A stretch of DNA of 64,000 nt from a bacterium (lineage in GTDB: Bacteria; UBA8248): NCBI GenBank assembly GCA_965213625.1, contig CBDBZU010000004.1, forward strand, positions 256,001 through 320,000, written 5' to 3'. Each line of letters begins with the position of its first letter. Within the stretch, counting starts at the first letter, position 1. Below are positions 20,033 through 29,565 of the stretch, piece by piece. Position numbers and translations under genes: made by a program. The notes below the pieces were generated by a model. It saw nothing but the letters and a program-made list of their open reading frames with translations, was not told where the DNA came from and searched no databases.

Positions 20033-20338
20033 CTACACGCCCCTCGCTTCGAGCGTCGGTATTCCGCTAACGTCCACCGTGCGTTCCGCGCGCGCCAGAT
20101 CGTAGTTGCGCTGCAGGTTGAGCCAGAAGCCCGAGCCGTTGCCGAAGAGCTTGCCGAAGCGGACCGCCATTTCGGCAGTGACCGGCTGCTTCTCGTTCAG
20201 GATGTCGTAGAGGGTCTGCCGGGATATGCCGAGGGCCGCGGCCACGGCCGTTTTGCTGACGCCTAAGGCAGGCAGGACGTCCTCGCGCAGGATCTCCCCC
20301 GGATGCGCCGGGTCGATGGAAGGGTGTCTCTCAATCAT
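20033..20338 (-). CDS. higA: HigA family addiction-module antitoxin (HTH)
   Basis: HPGEILREDVL, LGISRQTLYDILNEK.PVTAEMAVR.GKLFG....FWLNLQ..YDL. Confidence 0.92.
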   Translation of the reverse strand: MIERHPSIDPAHPGEILREDVLPALGVSKTAVAAALGISRQTLYDILNEKQPVTAEMAVRFGKLFGNGSGFWLNLQRNYDLARAERTVDVSGIPTLEARGV

Positions 20339-20364
20339 CAGTGATAGTTCTCTATGTCCACTTC
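20338..20364 (-). pseudogene. C-terminal remnant of a HigB toxin
   Basis: Reads EVDIENYH*, like the HigB ending (V/L)D(L/I)EDYH*, with TGATG overlap onto the higA start. No toxin body upstream. Confidence 0.6.
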
Positions 20365-20411
20365 CGAAAATAAATCCGGGATAAACATCAAAATCAGGTT
20401 GGTTATTTTGC

Positions 20412-21428
20412 TCAGTTCACAATCTTGACGCGGTGTTTGGTTCCGAGTTCGGACATCAGAACCTTCACCTCCTCCCGGCCGCGGCCCAGTTCAAGCGTCT
20501 TCTCCACGTAATAGTACCTGGGATGCGATACGGTAATTTTGTAAAGTCCGGGAACCACGCGGAAAGCGGCCCCGTTACGAATCGATTTCCTCAGCGTTTT
20601 CTCTCGGACGAACCATGGGAAATACTTGGTGGCCAAGGACAGGAATTCATGTTGTTTCAGGTGTTTCATCAACCATTTTCTATGGTCGACATCAACACTC
20701 CATTGCGGAGACAGAGTGATGGAGGCCCCGCTAAAGGGATAACGCGAGTCGATGTTGGCTGGTATGATGCGAACGATTGCGGTCTTCTCCGCATGCACGT
20801 GTCGAGCGAGTTTTTTCAGCATCGGCCGGACATCGTATGTGTCGTGGGAGGATCTGTATGAACGCCTTTTGCCCGATTTCCGGTTTGTCCTCAGACGATA
20901 TGATTTCCGTTCCCTGTTGGATTTGGGTATGTCCCATTTTGTGATGGCCGGATGCCTGACCACCGAGGCGAGCGGAACGTCCGCAAAAACCCGGAACGGG
21001 TGTTTCAGTCTCGAACGAACCCGAACAACGCCAACGAAATTCGTCCTGTCCCTGTCGTCCAAAAATTCCGCTTCCATCCCCCTGGAGACCGATGAGAGGG
21101 CAACCTGGACCCGGGGAGCGGGCTCGCTTTTTCCCTTCATTGTTTCCCGCGTAGTCCAGCTTCCGCGGTAGTCGCGGCGCTTGCGGTATTTTCTGTAATA
21201 TCGCCTTTGTTTTTTTCGCAGTTGGGTAACCTGAAGCCGAACGGTTTCCACCGCCGTTTTCGGACCCGCTCGTACGGCAACCCGCTCGAATCCGAGTTCC
21301 GTGTCCGAAACGGTCCTGTGATTGTAGCCGGTCTGGTAGGGGCGTTCGCCGGCGCATCCGGCAATTACACCGACAAACACCAAAAGCAGGACACACCTAA
21401 AAAGCCGGCGACGACAACTCGATAGCAT
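20412..21428 (-). CDS. Hypothetical, highly basic lipoprotein
   Basis: Arg-rich n-region, hydrophobic stretch and IAG-C lipobox. C-terminal VVPGLYKITVSHPRY..VEKTLEL resembles PEGA/carboxypeptidase-regulatory beta-sandwiches. Confidence 0.6.
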   Translation of the reverse strand: MLSSCRRRLFRCVLLLVFVGVIAGCAGERPYQTGYNHRTVSDTELGFERVAVRAGPKTAVETVRLQVTQLRKKQRRYYRKYRKRRDYRGSWTTRETMKGKSEPAPRVQVALSSVSRGMEAEFLDDRDRTNFVGVVRVRSRLKHPFRVFADVPLASVVRHPAITKWDIPKSNRERKSYRLRTNRKSGKRRSYRSSHDTYDVRPMLKKLARHVHAEKTAIVRIIPANIDSRYPFSGASITLSPQWSVDVDHRKWLMKHLKQHEFLSLATKYFPWFVREKTLRKSIRNGAAFRVVPGLYKITVSHPRYYYVEKTLELGRGREEVKVLMSELGTKHRVKIVN

Positions 21429-21605
21429 CGGGGCACCCCACGAACATGAATGAAAAAACGCCAACGCGGCAAGGTCAATACATCTTAATTCAAATTATAC
21501 TTCAATCATTTCGATTTCAAAATGGGACAGGAAGGAACAATCGCATGCTGGTGTAGGGGGGCAGGCCTGCCGCAAATACAGCGCTCAAATTCACTCCCCA
21601 ATTGA

Positions 21606-21798
21606 GAGGGTAGAAGAAACGCCCCTTTCGACTGGAAAAGCAACCCCCCCTACCACCCCTTGTCAGGGGGGTAAAGGCGATACCCCGCCGCCGGGATGCG
21701 CCCCCGCCAGCTAGAGGGAGCTTTGCTTTTTCTTGCCCCCCTGACAAGGGGGGGTAGGGGGGGTTGCTCCCTTGACAAAGGCTTTTTCAACAATCCCC
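21606..21798. mobile_element. Composite REP/MITE-like element
   Basis: Near-perfect ~35-bp inverted pair (21640-21674 / 21733-21767, CAACCCCCCCTACC.CCCCTTGTCAGGGGGG). Right end GGCTTTTTCAACAATCCCC matches the termini at 2.9 and 42.6-42.9 kb. Confidence 0.6.
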
Positions 21799-21875
21799 AA
21801 AGGAGGAGTGTTTCTTGCTCTTTCATCGCTCATGTCAAACCCTCGGTCATCAGGACTATTTCAACACCGCCTCCC

Positions 21876-22733
21876 CTAAAACTTCCTGAGCGGCGTCGCC
21901 TCCCGGCCGAAAAGCGCGCATCTTGCGATGCGCCAGATTTCGAAATGCGTCTTCCTTAAAGTTTCCGGCGAATCCGCCAGCCAGCGGATGAGGGCGCCGG
22001 GGCCTGTGAGTCGCGAGCAGCCGCCCGCAAGACGCTCACTTCGCGCCAGCAGGGAATCGACCTGCTCGGCGATGAGGTTCAGTTCCTCATCCGTCCCGCC
22101 CGCGACGTAGAAAGAACCGAGATAGGGATACGGCTCGAACAGGCCCAGGCGTTCGGGGTCCGAAGCTTCGGGCCGCACCTCCATCACGTCCCGCAAGAGG
22201 GGCGCGTCCGCGTAGTCGATATGCAGCTTGAGTCTCAAGGATGAATAATCAAAATGCTCGCCCGAGGCAACCCGGCCATGGTAGAGCGATTCTCCGTAAA
22301 GAAGCCGCGCGCCCTCGGCCATGGAGATTCGAGTCTCCTGCACGTAGATGGAATCCGCATAGGGAATGATGGGGTCGGGCAGGAGTTCGAGGCCGCTCCC
22401 TGAGTCCATCTCGATTTTGGTCGTCGATACCACCGGCTCGCCCAGGCTCTTGTAGACCTTGGTGGCTCCCTGCGTCGTCCACAAGACGCGCGCGCCCTCA
22501 TCGATCGCGATTTCAAGCTCCAGCAAGTCGCCGCCCACGTGCCCGCCCGTGGGGTTTATGAGCGTCATGTGGGCGGGTTCTGTCCCCTCGGGGTAGAGGG
22601 GGCGCATCACTTGAAGCGGCACTCTGAAGAACGAATCCGCAAGATACGTCCGCTCACCCGAACGGGCAAAACGCGCGAAAGCGACGCCGTGGCGTCCTAC
22701 GCGGGAGGGCGCGGTGGCGCTCGCGAGCGGCAT
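21876..22733 (-). CDS. ureD: Urease accessory protein UreD
   Basis: PLQVMRPLY, NPTGG.VGGD.L, TTQGATKVYKS, LPDPIIPY, GRVASGE.F; last gene of the ure operon. Confidence 0.9.
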   Translation of the reverse strand: MPLASATAPSRVGRHGVAFARFARSGERTYLADSFFRVPLQVMRPLYPEGTEPAHMTLINPTGGHVGGDLLELEIAIDEGARVLWTTQGATKVYKSLGEPVVSTTKIEMDSGSGLELLPDPIIPYADSIYVQETRISMAEGARLLYGESLYHGRVASGEHFDYSSLRLKLHIDYADAPLLRDVMEVRPEASDPERLGLFEPYPYLGSFYVAGGTDEELNLIAEQVDSLLARSERLAGGCSRLTGPGALIRWLADSPETLRKTHFEIWRIARCALFGREATPLRKF

Positions 22734-23353
22734 CAGGCCTCCACGAAGAGGAGTTCGCGCTCGATCCAGCCGATCACCTCATCGAGACCCTGTTCGGCTT
22801 TCAGGTTCGTGAACAGAAACGGGCGCTCGCCGCGCATCTTCTTCGCGTCGCGGTCCATGACTTCCAGACTCGCCCCCACGAGCGGGGCCAGGTCTATCTT
22901 GTTGATCAGCAAAAGTTCGGAGCGCGTGATGCCGGGGCCGCCCTTCCGGGGAATCTTGTCCCCCGCCGACACGTCGATGACGTAGATCGACGCGTCCACG
23001 AGTTCGGGGCTGAAGGTGGCGGCCAGGTTGTCCCCCCCGCTTTCCACGAAAATGATGTCCAGCGGATGAAAATCGCGGGCGAGTATCTCCATGGCCTCGC
23101 GGTTCAAGGATATGTCCTCTCGTATCGCCGTATGCGGACACCCGCCCGTCTCCACGCCGGAGATTCTCTCGGGCGAGAGCGCGCCGCTTCTGGTGAGAAA
23201 CTCCGCGTCCTCTTTCGTGTAGATGTCGTTCGTCACCACGGCGATGGCGTACCTGTCGCGCATCCGCTTGCACAGCCTGTCCACAAGAGCGGTCTTGCCG
23301 GAGCCGACCGGCCCGCCCACGCCTATCTTTACGGGCGCCTTATCCATCATCAT
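22733..23353 (-). CDS. ureG: Urease accessory GTPase UreG
   Basis: [34 protein letters not shown]. Start moved to the Met run behind GAGGAGG. Confidence 0.97.
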   Translation of the reverse strand: MMMDKAPVKIGVGGPVGSGKTALVDRLCKRMRDRYAIAVVTNDIYTKEDAEFLTRSGALSPERISGVETGGCPHTAIREDISLNREAMEILARDFHPLDIIFVESGGDNLAATFSPELVDASIYVIDVSAGDKIPRKGGPGITRSELLLINKIDLAPLVGASLEVMDRDAKKMRGERPFLFTNLKAEQGLDEVIGWIERELLFVEA

Positions 23354-23361
23354 TTTCCTCC

Positions 23362-24042
23362 TCAAGAAACGAACAAGCGTGTGTGAAGCCTCCGGTGCGT
23401 CATGGCCCTTATCTCGTGCCCCGGCCCCCATGAACCCGCGTCCTCCAGCGAGAGTGCCGTAGCCGTCTCGACCGTCTCGCGCACCGCGCCTTCCAGGTCT
23501 GAGATGACTTGCTGGCCCTCGGTTTGCCCGAGCGGAACCAGCCGCACGGCGGCGGAGACCAGTCCGGACACCACGCCGTAGCAAAGAGATTCGAGGCCCT
23601 CTTCACAAGTCAGGCCTAAGGATTCTGCGACGCAGCCAAGCGCAATTGGATAGTGGCCGGAGGTCCGCTCCTGCCTTGCCTCCTCTTGCAGTTCGTCCAG
23701 CAAAGTATCTTCTATGAAACCCCGCGCCGTGCGCAGGAACTGCCGACCCACGCTCCTGCTCGCATCGCGCAGCGATTTCACGGGACGTGCGGCGTCGTAG
23801 GCGGCGTCGAGCGCGATTATCTTCGGGAGATCACCCTCTTTTTTCGCCAGAAAAGCTTCGCGCAGATAGACGCCGTCCAGCGTAGCCACGCCGTGTCTCA
23901 AGACGGACCCGATGAATTCTTCGAGTTCCGCCGCAGAGGCGATGCTCCCTTCTTCGACGTAGGTCTCGAGCCCGTAGGAGTGCGCGAAGGCGCCGCGCGG
24001 AAACGCGGAATCTGAAATCTGGAGGAGCCGGTAGGCGCTCAT
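23362..24042 (-). CDS. ureF: Urease accessory protein UreF
   Basis: [36 protein letters not shown]-terminus. Confidence 0.95.
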   Translation of the reverse strand: MSAYRLLQISDSAFPRGAFAHSYGLETYVEEGSIASAAELEEFIGSVLRHGVATLDGVYLREAFLAKKEGDLPKIIALDAAYDAARPVKSLRDASRSVGRQFLRTARGFIEDTLLDELQEEARQERTSGHYPIALGCVAESLGLTCEEGLESLCYGVVSGLVSAAVRLVPLGQTEGQQVISDLEGAVRETVETATALSLEDAGSWGPGHEIRAMTHRRLHTRLFVS

Positions 24043-24045
24043 CTT

Positions 24046-24489
24046 TTAGTGGTGGTGTGAGTGAAAGGCGCCGAAATCATGCGTGAAGGGTTCTTTCGTC
24101 TTCTCGCACCTGACGCCCATTTTTGCGAAATACGCCTCCAGCACGGAGTCATAGGGCGTGAGGACGCGGCCATCCTGCACGCATATCGGCGCGTGGCGGT
24201 TTCCCACCTGGTAGCAGAGACGTCCCATATCGGTCCCGGATTCCGCGTAGAGGACGAGCACGTCTTCCGGGATCGCGGCGACGACCACCACCCGCTCCTC
24301 ATCCTCGAAGAGAATGTCGTTCTCCTTGAGAGGCTGTCCGGTCGGCAGTTTAACGCCGAGTTCGGTGCCGGTATCGGTGCGCACCCGCTGGCGGCTCCTG
24401 AGCCTGTCCTCCCAGCCCAGGGCCACGCGCTCGACGCGCCTTTGCTCATCGGCGCAGAGCCTGCCCCGTATTTCTTCCACGAGGATCAT
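24046..24489 (-). CDS. ureE: Urease accessory Ni chaperone UreE
   Basis: R.RQRVRTDTG, YQVGNRH.P, His-rich tail HSHHH. Confidence 0.92.
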   Translation of the reverse strand: MILVEEIRGRLCADEQRRVERVALGWEDRLRSRQRVRTDTGTELGVKLPTGQPLKENDILFEDEERVVVVAAIPEDVLVLYAESGTDMGRLCYQVGNRHAPICVQDGRVLTPYDSVLEAYFAKMGVRCEKTKEPFTHDFGAFHSHHH

Positions 24490-24498
24490 CGCCGCCTC

Positions 24499-26211
24499 CT
24501 AGAAAAGAAAATACCGCTGCGCCATGGGAAGCACTTCTGCGGGCTCGCACGTGAGCGTCACCCCGTCCGCCTTCACCACGTAGGTTTCGGGGTCCACCTC
24601 GATATCGGGCAAGGCGTCGTTGAGCTTCATGTCCTTCTTGCCGATGGAGCGGCAGTTCGAGACGGGCGCCACAATCTTGCCCAGACCCAGCGCGTCGCCC
24701 AATCGATCCTCGGCCGCCGCCTGTGAGACGAAGGCATAGGAAGTCGGTCCGACCGCTTTCCCCATCGAGCCGAACATAGGCCGGCCCAGGACGGGCTGCG
24801 GGGTGGGGATGGAAGCGTTGGGATCGCCCATCGCCGCGTGGGCGATGAAGCCGCCCTTCACCACGACTTCTGGCTTCACGCCGAAAAAGGCTGGCTTCCA
24901 GAGCACCATGTCCGCCATCTTCCCCACTTCGATAGAGCCCACGTAATCGGAAATCCCGTGCGCGATCGCGGGGTTGATGGTGTATTTCGCCACATAGCGC
25001 CTGGCGCGGTAGTTGTCGTTGGCAGCGCTTTCCTCAGGTAGCGCGCCGCGCTGGCGCTTCATCTTGTCCGCCGTCTGCCAGGTGCGGATGACCACCTCGC
25101 CCACGCGGCCCATGGCCTGGGAATCAGAACCCATCATGCTAAACGCGCCCATGTCGTGGAGAATGTCTTCCGCCGCGATGGTCTCCGCCCGGATTCTCGA
25201 CTCGGCGAAGGCAACGTCCTCTGGAATCTTGCTGTCCAGGTGGTGGCACACCATGAGCATGTCGAGATGCTCGTCCACCGTGTTCACCGTGAAGGGACGC
25301 GTGGGGTTCGTCGAGGAGGGCAGCACGCCCGCCTCCCCGCACACGCGAATGATGTCGGGCGCATGGCCGCCGCCCGCCCCTTCGGTGTGGTAGGTGTGGA
25401 TGGTCCGGCCCTTGAACGCGGCGATGGAGGTCTCGACGAAGCCCGATTCATTCAGCGTATCGGTATGGATGCAGACCTGCACGTCCATATCCTCCGCCAC
25501 GCCGAGGCAGCAATCAATCGCCGCGGGCGTGGTTCCCCAATCCTCATGGAGTTTCAGCCCCACCGCGCCCGCGCGGATCTGCTCCATGAGAGGCGCCGGC
25601 CGCGAGGCGTTTCCCTTGCCCAGGAATCCTAAGTTCATGGGGTATGCCTCCGCCGCCTGGAGCATTCTCGCGATGTTCCACGCGCCAGGCGTGCAGGTGG
25701 TGGCGTTCGTGCCCGTGGCGGGGCCGGTTCCGCCGCCGAACATCGTGGTGACGCCCGAGGAGAGCGCCTCGTCTATCTGCTGGGGACAGATGAAGTGGAT
25801 GTGGGTATCGATGCCGCCCGCGGTGAGTATCATCCCCTCGCCCGCCAGCACTTCCGTGGCGGCGCCGACCGTCATGTCCACCCCCTGCATCAGGTGCGGA
25901 TTTCCCGACTTGCCGACCCCGACTATCTTCCCGTCCTTGATTCCCACGTCCGCCTTCACCACGCCCCAGTAGTCGAGGATCAGCGCGTTCGTGATGAGCA
26001 GGTCGAGCGCTTCAGCCTCGCGCGTCTCGGTGGGGGATTGCCCCATGCCGTCTCTGATGACCTTGCCGCCGCCGAATTTCGACTCATCGCCGTAGACGGT
26101 GCGGTCTTCTTCGACCTCGATGAAAAGCTCGGTGTCGGCGAGGCGCACCTTGTCCCCCACCGTGGGGCCGAACATGTCGGCGTAGGCGCGCCTGTCCATG
26201 CGAAAAGCCAT
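24499..26211 (-). CDS. ureC: Urease subunit alpha
   Basis: [50 protein letters not shown]. Confidence 0.99.
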   Translation of the reverse strand: MAFRMDRRAYADMFGPTVGDKVRLADTELFIEVEEDRTVYGDESKFGGGKVIRDGMGQSPTETREAEALDLLITNALILDYWGVVKADVGIKDGKIVGVGKSGNPHLMQGVDMTVGAATEVLAGEGMILTAGGIDTHIHFICPQQIDEALSSGVTTMFGGGTGPATGTNATTCTPGAWNIARMLQAAEAYPMNLGFLGKGNASRPAPLMEQIRAGAVGLKLHEDWGTTPAAIDCCLGVAEDMDVQVCIHTDTLNESGFVETSIAAFKGRTIHTYHTEGAGGGHAPDIIRVCGEAGVLPSSTNPTRPFTVNTVDEHLDMLMVCHHLDSKIPEDVAFAESRIRAETIAAEDILHDMGAFSMMGSDSQAMGRVGEVVIRTWQTADKMKRQRGALPEESAANDNYRARRYVAKYTINPAIAHGISDYVGSIEVGKMADMVLWKPAFFGVKPEVVVKGGFIAHAAMGDPNASIPTPQPVLGRPMFGSMGKAVGPTSYAFVSQAAAEDRLGDALGLGKIVAPVSNCRSIGKKDMKLNDALPDIEVDPETYVVKADGVTLTCEPAEVLPMAQRYFLF

Positions 26212-26582
26212 CAGTCCGCCCCCCCGTAGCCCTCGGCGCGGGCCTTCTCCATTGCGGCCTCGCGCACGGCGGCCGAATCGAGCGCGCCTTCGGTCAGCGC
26301 GTTCAGCCCCATGGCGGTGCGCGCGCCCGCGAAGGCGACGAGCGTCACCTCTTTTTCATCGCCGGGCTCGAAGCGAACCGCCGTTCCCGCCGGAATGTCG
26401 AGCCGCATGCCGAAGGCCGCTTTCCTGTCGAAATCGAGCAGGCTGTTTACCTCGAAAAAATGAAAGTGGGAACCCACCTGTATGGGCCTGTCGCCTCGGT
26501 TCGCCACGATGAAGGTAGCGGTTTCGCGCCCCTCGTTCAGGACGATCTCGCCGTCCGCCAGAATGTATTCGCCGGGTATCAT
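26211..26582 (-). CDS. ureB: Urease subunit beta
   Basis: [33 protein letters not shown]. Confidence 0.98.
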   Translation of the reverse strand: MIPGEYILADGEIVLNEGRETATFIVANRGDRPIQVGSHFHFFEVNSLLDFDRKAAFGMRLDIPAGTAVRFEPGDEKEVTLVAFAGARTAMGLNALTEGALDSAAVREAAMEKARAEGYGGAD

Positions 26583-26592
26583 GCGCTCTCCT

Positions 26593-26898
26593 TCAGCCTC
26601 GTATCGGGTCGTGCACCGTTACGAGCTTGGTGCCGTCGGGGAAAGTGCCCTCGACCTGCACATCGTGGATCATTTCGGGCACACCCTCCATCACGTCGTC
26701 TCGCGTGAGAATCGTCGCGCCGTATCGCATCAGTTCGGCCACGGATTTCCCGTCGCGCGCGCCTTCGAGCACCTCGGCCGTGATGATGCTGACGGCTTCG
26801 GGGTAATTGAGCTTGAGGCCGCGCGCGCGGCGCGCGCGCGCCAATTCCGCCGCAACGAAAACGAGGAGCTTCTCCTGCTCCCTCGGGGTCAGATGCAT
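26593..26898 (-). CDS. ureA: Urease subunit gamma
   Basis: [37 protein letters not shown]. Confidence 0.98.
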   Translation of the reverse strand: MHLTPREQEKLLVFVAAELARARRARGLKLNYPEAVSIITAEVLEGARDGKSVAELMRYGATILTRDDVMEGVPEMIHDVQVEGTFPDGTKLVTVHDPIRG

Positions 26899-26931
26899 TG
26901 CCTGCCTCCTGTCAAAAACGCTTGTAACCGG

Positions 26932-27627
26932 CTACGCGGTCAGGCGGTCGAGCAGTGAGACGTCGCACTCGCCCTGCGCTTGTCCTGTGGCCGTGAATTC
27001 CCCTTTTTCCATCACGTAATATCGATCCGAGAGCCGCCAGGCGAACTCCAGGTACTGCTCCACGAGGATGATGCCCATGTCGCCTCGCTGCTTGATCTTC
27101 CACAGCACGTTCTCGATGTCCATGATGATGGAGGGCTGGATACCCTCGGTCGGCTCATCGAGCAGCAAGAGCTTGGGTTCGCTCACCAGCGCGCGGGCGA
27201 TGGCGAGTTGCTGCTGCTGTCCGCCGCTCAGCACGCCTCCTTTTCTCCCGAGCATTTCCCTTAAAACGGGGAATAGCTCGAAAACGCTCTCGTCATAGTT
27301 CCTGGGGCGGTCGGGATGGGCTTCCAGCCCCAGCAGGAGGTTCTCGTGCACGCTGAGTTGCGGGAAAATCTCCCGCCCCTGGGGGACGTAGGCGACACCC
27401 ATCCTCGCGCGCGCCTCGGGTCTCGAAGCAGTGATGTCGCTCTCTAAGAATTCGACTTTTCCTGCTTTGGGCTTGAGCAGACCGACGATGGATTTCAGGA
27501 ACGTGGTCTTGCCCATGCCGTTTCTGCCGATGATGCCCGCAATTTCGCCGGGGCCCACCTCGATATCGAGACCCCGCAGAATATGGCTCTCTCCGTAGTA
27601 GGCGTGGAGTTCCTCAACCCTAAGCAT
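26932..27627 (-). CDS. urtE: Urea ABC transporter ATP-binding subunit
   Basis: YYGESHIL, GRNGMGKTT, YVPQGREIF, LSGGQQQQLAI, DEPTEGIQPSI. Confidence 0.93.
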   Translation of the reverse strand: MLRVEELHAYYGESHILRGLDIEVGPGEIAGIIGRNGMGKTTFLKSIVGLLKPKAGKVEFLESDITASRPEARARMGVAYVPQGREIFPQLSVHENLLLGLEAHPDRPRNYDESVFELFPVLREMLGRKGGVLSGGQQQQLAIARALVSEPKLLLLDEPTEGIQPSIIMDIENVLWKIKQRGDMGIILVEQYLEFAWRLSDRYYVMEKGEFTATGQAQGECDVSLLDRLTA

Positions 27628-28387
27628 GTTCCTCGCTTCCCCTGCCCAGATAGAGTTCGATGACCCGCTCGTCCTTATGCACGTGATCGATGGAACCCTC
27701 GCATATTACGGCCCCCTCGTGAAGCACGGTGACGCGCTCGGCGATTTCGCGCACGAATTTCATGTCGTGCTCGATGACGAGAACCGAGCGATGCTCGGCG
27801 ATGCGCCGCAAAAGCGCCGCCGTCTTATCCGTCTCCCTGTCCGTCATACCGGCCACGGGCTCGTCGACGAGCAGCAGGTCGGGGTCCTGCACCACCACCA
27901 TGCCGATTTCGAGCCACTGCTTCTCGCCGTGTGCCAGCAGGCCGGCCCGCCAGTCGCTCTTGGATGTGAGTCCGATGACGTCGAGCGTCTCCTCCACCCG
28001 CTCCCGCGCCTCGGCCGTGGCCCCGCCGAAAAGAAGCGAGGTCACCTTCTTGTCCTGTTTCACGGAGAGTTCGAGGTTATCGCGCACCGTCAGGTTCTCG
28101 TAAATCGTCGGCGTCTGGAATTTTCTGCCGATGCCTGCGTTCGATATCTCTTCCTGGCGCATCCGCGCGAGGTTGGTTTTCTCCTTGAATACCACCCGCC
28201 CCGAATCGGGCTTCACCTTGCCGGTCACGACGTCGAGCAGGGTGGTCTTCCCCGCACCGTTCGGGCCGATGACGCAGCGCAGCTCGCCTTTGTCCATGCT
28301 GAAGTTGAGTTCGTTCAGCGCCTTGAAACCGTCGAAGACGACGAACACGTCCTCCATGTAGAGTATGCTTTTCGATGTCAGCGCCAT
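27620..28387 (-). CDS. urtD: Urea ABC transporter ATP-binding subunit
   Basis: FDGFKAL, GPNGAGKTT, GIGRKFQTP, HGEKQWLEIGM, DEPVAGM. Confidence 0.93.
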   Translation of the reverse strand: MALTSKSILYMEDVFVVFDGFKALNELNFSMDKGELRCVIGPNGAGKTTLLDVVTGKVKPDSGRVVFKEKTNLARMRQEEISNAGIGRKFQTPTIYENLTVRDNLELSVKQDKKVTSLLFGGATAEARERVEETLDVIGLTSKSDWRAGLLAHGEKQWLEIGMVVVQDPDLLLVDEPVAGMTDRETDKTAALLRRIAEHRSVLVIEHDMKFVREIAERVTVLHEGAVICEGSIDHVHKDERVIELYLGRGSEEHA

Positions 28388-28395
28388 GTTTTCCC

Positions 28396-29559
28396 CTAGC
28401 CTTCGCTGCGCAAAGCCGCGAGATTCTCATCCGCCGCCGCGCGCTCCTTTCGGCGGATCCATTTTTCCAGCTTCCGTGGCGCATCGCGCACCACGCCGAG
28501 GATTCCGTCCGGGAAGAACTGAACGACCAGGACGAATATGCCGCCCAGGAAATAGAGCCAGTAATCCGGATAACTCGACGTGAGGTAGCTCCGCGCCCAG
28601 TTCACCCCGATAGCGCCGATGACGGCGCCAATGAGCGACCCCCGCCCGCCGACCGCCACCCAGATGACCATCTCGATGGAGGGCAGCACGCCGATCCGCC
28701 CGGGGGTGATGATGCCCACCTGGGGCACGTACAACGCACCGGCGACCCCCGCCAGCATGGCGGAAACACTGAAGACGAACACCTTGTAGTTCGCGGGCGT
28801 GTAGCCCGAATAGAGCACGCGGTTCTCCGCGTCCCGGATCGCCAGAAGTATCTTCCCGGCGCGTGATTTCACTATCCAGCGGCAGAGCAGGTACGCGCCG
28901 CAAAGCGCCAGCGCGGTGACGACGTATAGCCCCCGCTGCGTGGACACTTCCGTGAGCGTGAAGCCGAGCACCTTCTTGAAGTTGGTGAGGCCGTTCGTTC
29001 CGCCCAGGTTCACCTCGTTTCTGTTGAACACGAGCCAGGCGGAAAGCGCCAGCGCCTGCGTGATGATGGCGAAGTATACGCCGCGGACCCGCGTCCTGAA
29101 TGCGAGAAAACCGAAGACGGCCGCCAGCGCGCCGGGCACAAGCGCCACCGCGAGCGTGGTGAAGAAAAACGAGTGGAACGGCTTCCAGAAAAAGGGCAGC
29201 TCCTTTACCTGGTTCCAGACCATGAAGTCGGGCAGTTTGCTCTGGTAGACCCCCTCGCCGCCGATCTCGAGCGTGAGGTACATGCCCATGCAATAGGCGC
29301 CCAGGCCGAAGAATACCCCGTGGCCCATGCTCAGGATGCCGGTGTAGCCCCATATCAAATCGAGCCCCAGCGCCAGGATGGCGTAGGCCAGGAATTTTCC
29401 GAACAGGTTGAGCGTGAAATCCGAGATATGGAAAAACGAACCAGGCGTCCCGAAGGCGTTCAGCGATGGCATGGCGACGATGAACCAGAACGCCGCGAGC
29501 ACGAGAATGACGCCGCCGACTTTCTTCTCCATCCTGTCCACCAAAGTTTCACCCGGCAT
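28396..29559 (-). CDS. urtC: Urea ABC transporter permease
   Basis: DLIWGYTGILS.GHG, LPDFM.W, GVYFAIITQAL, SIEMVIWVAVGGRG. Confidence 0.93.
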   Translation of the reverse strand: MPGETLVDRMEKKVGGVILVLAAFWFIVAMPSLNAFGTPGSFFHISDFTLNLFGKFLAYAILALGLDLIWGYTGILSMGHGVFFGLGAYCMGMYLTLEIGGEGVYQSKLPDFMVWNQVKELPFFWKPFHSFFFTTLAVALVPGALAAVFGFLAFRTRVRGVYFAIITQALALSAWLVFNRNEVNLGGTNGLTNFKKVLGFTLTEVSTQRGLYVVTALALCGAYLLCRWIVKSRAGKILLAIRDAENRVLYSGYTPANYKVFVFSVSAMLAGVAGALYVPQVGIITPGRIGVLPSIEMVIWVAVGGRGSLIGAVIGAIGVNWARSYLTSSYPDYWLYFLGGIFVLVVQFFPDGILGVVRDAPRKLEKWIRRKERAAADENLAALRSEG

Positions 29560-29565
29560 CGCGTA

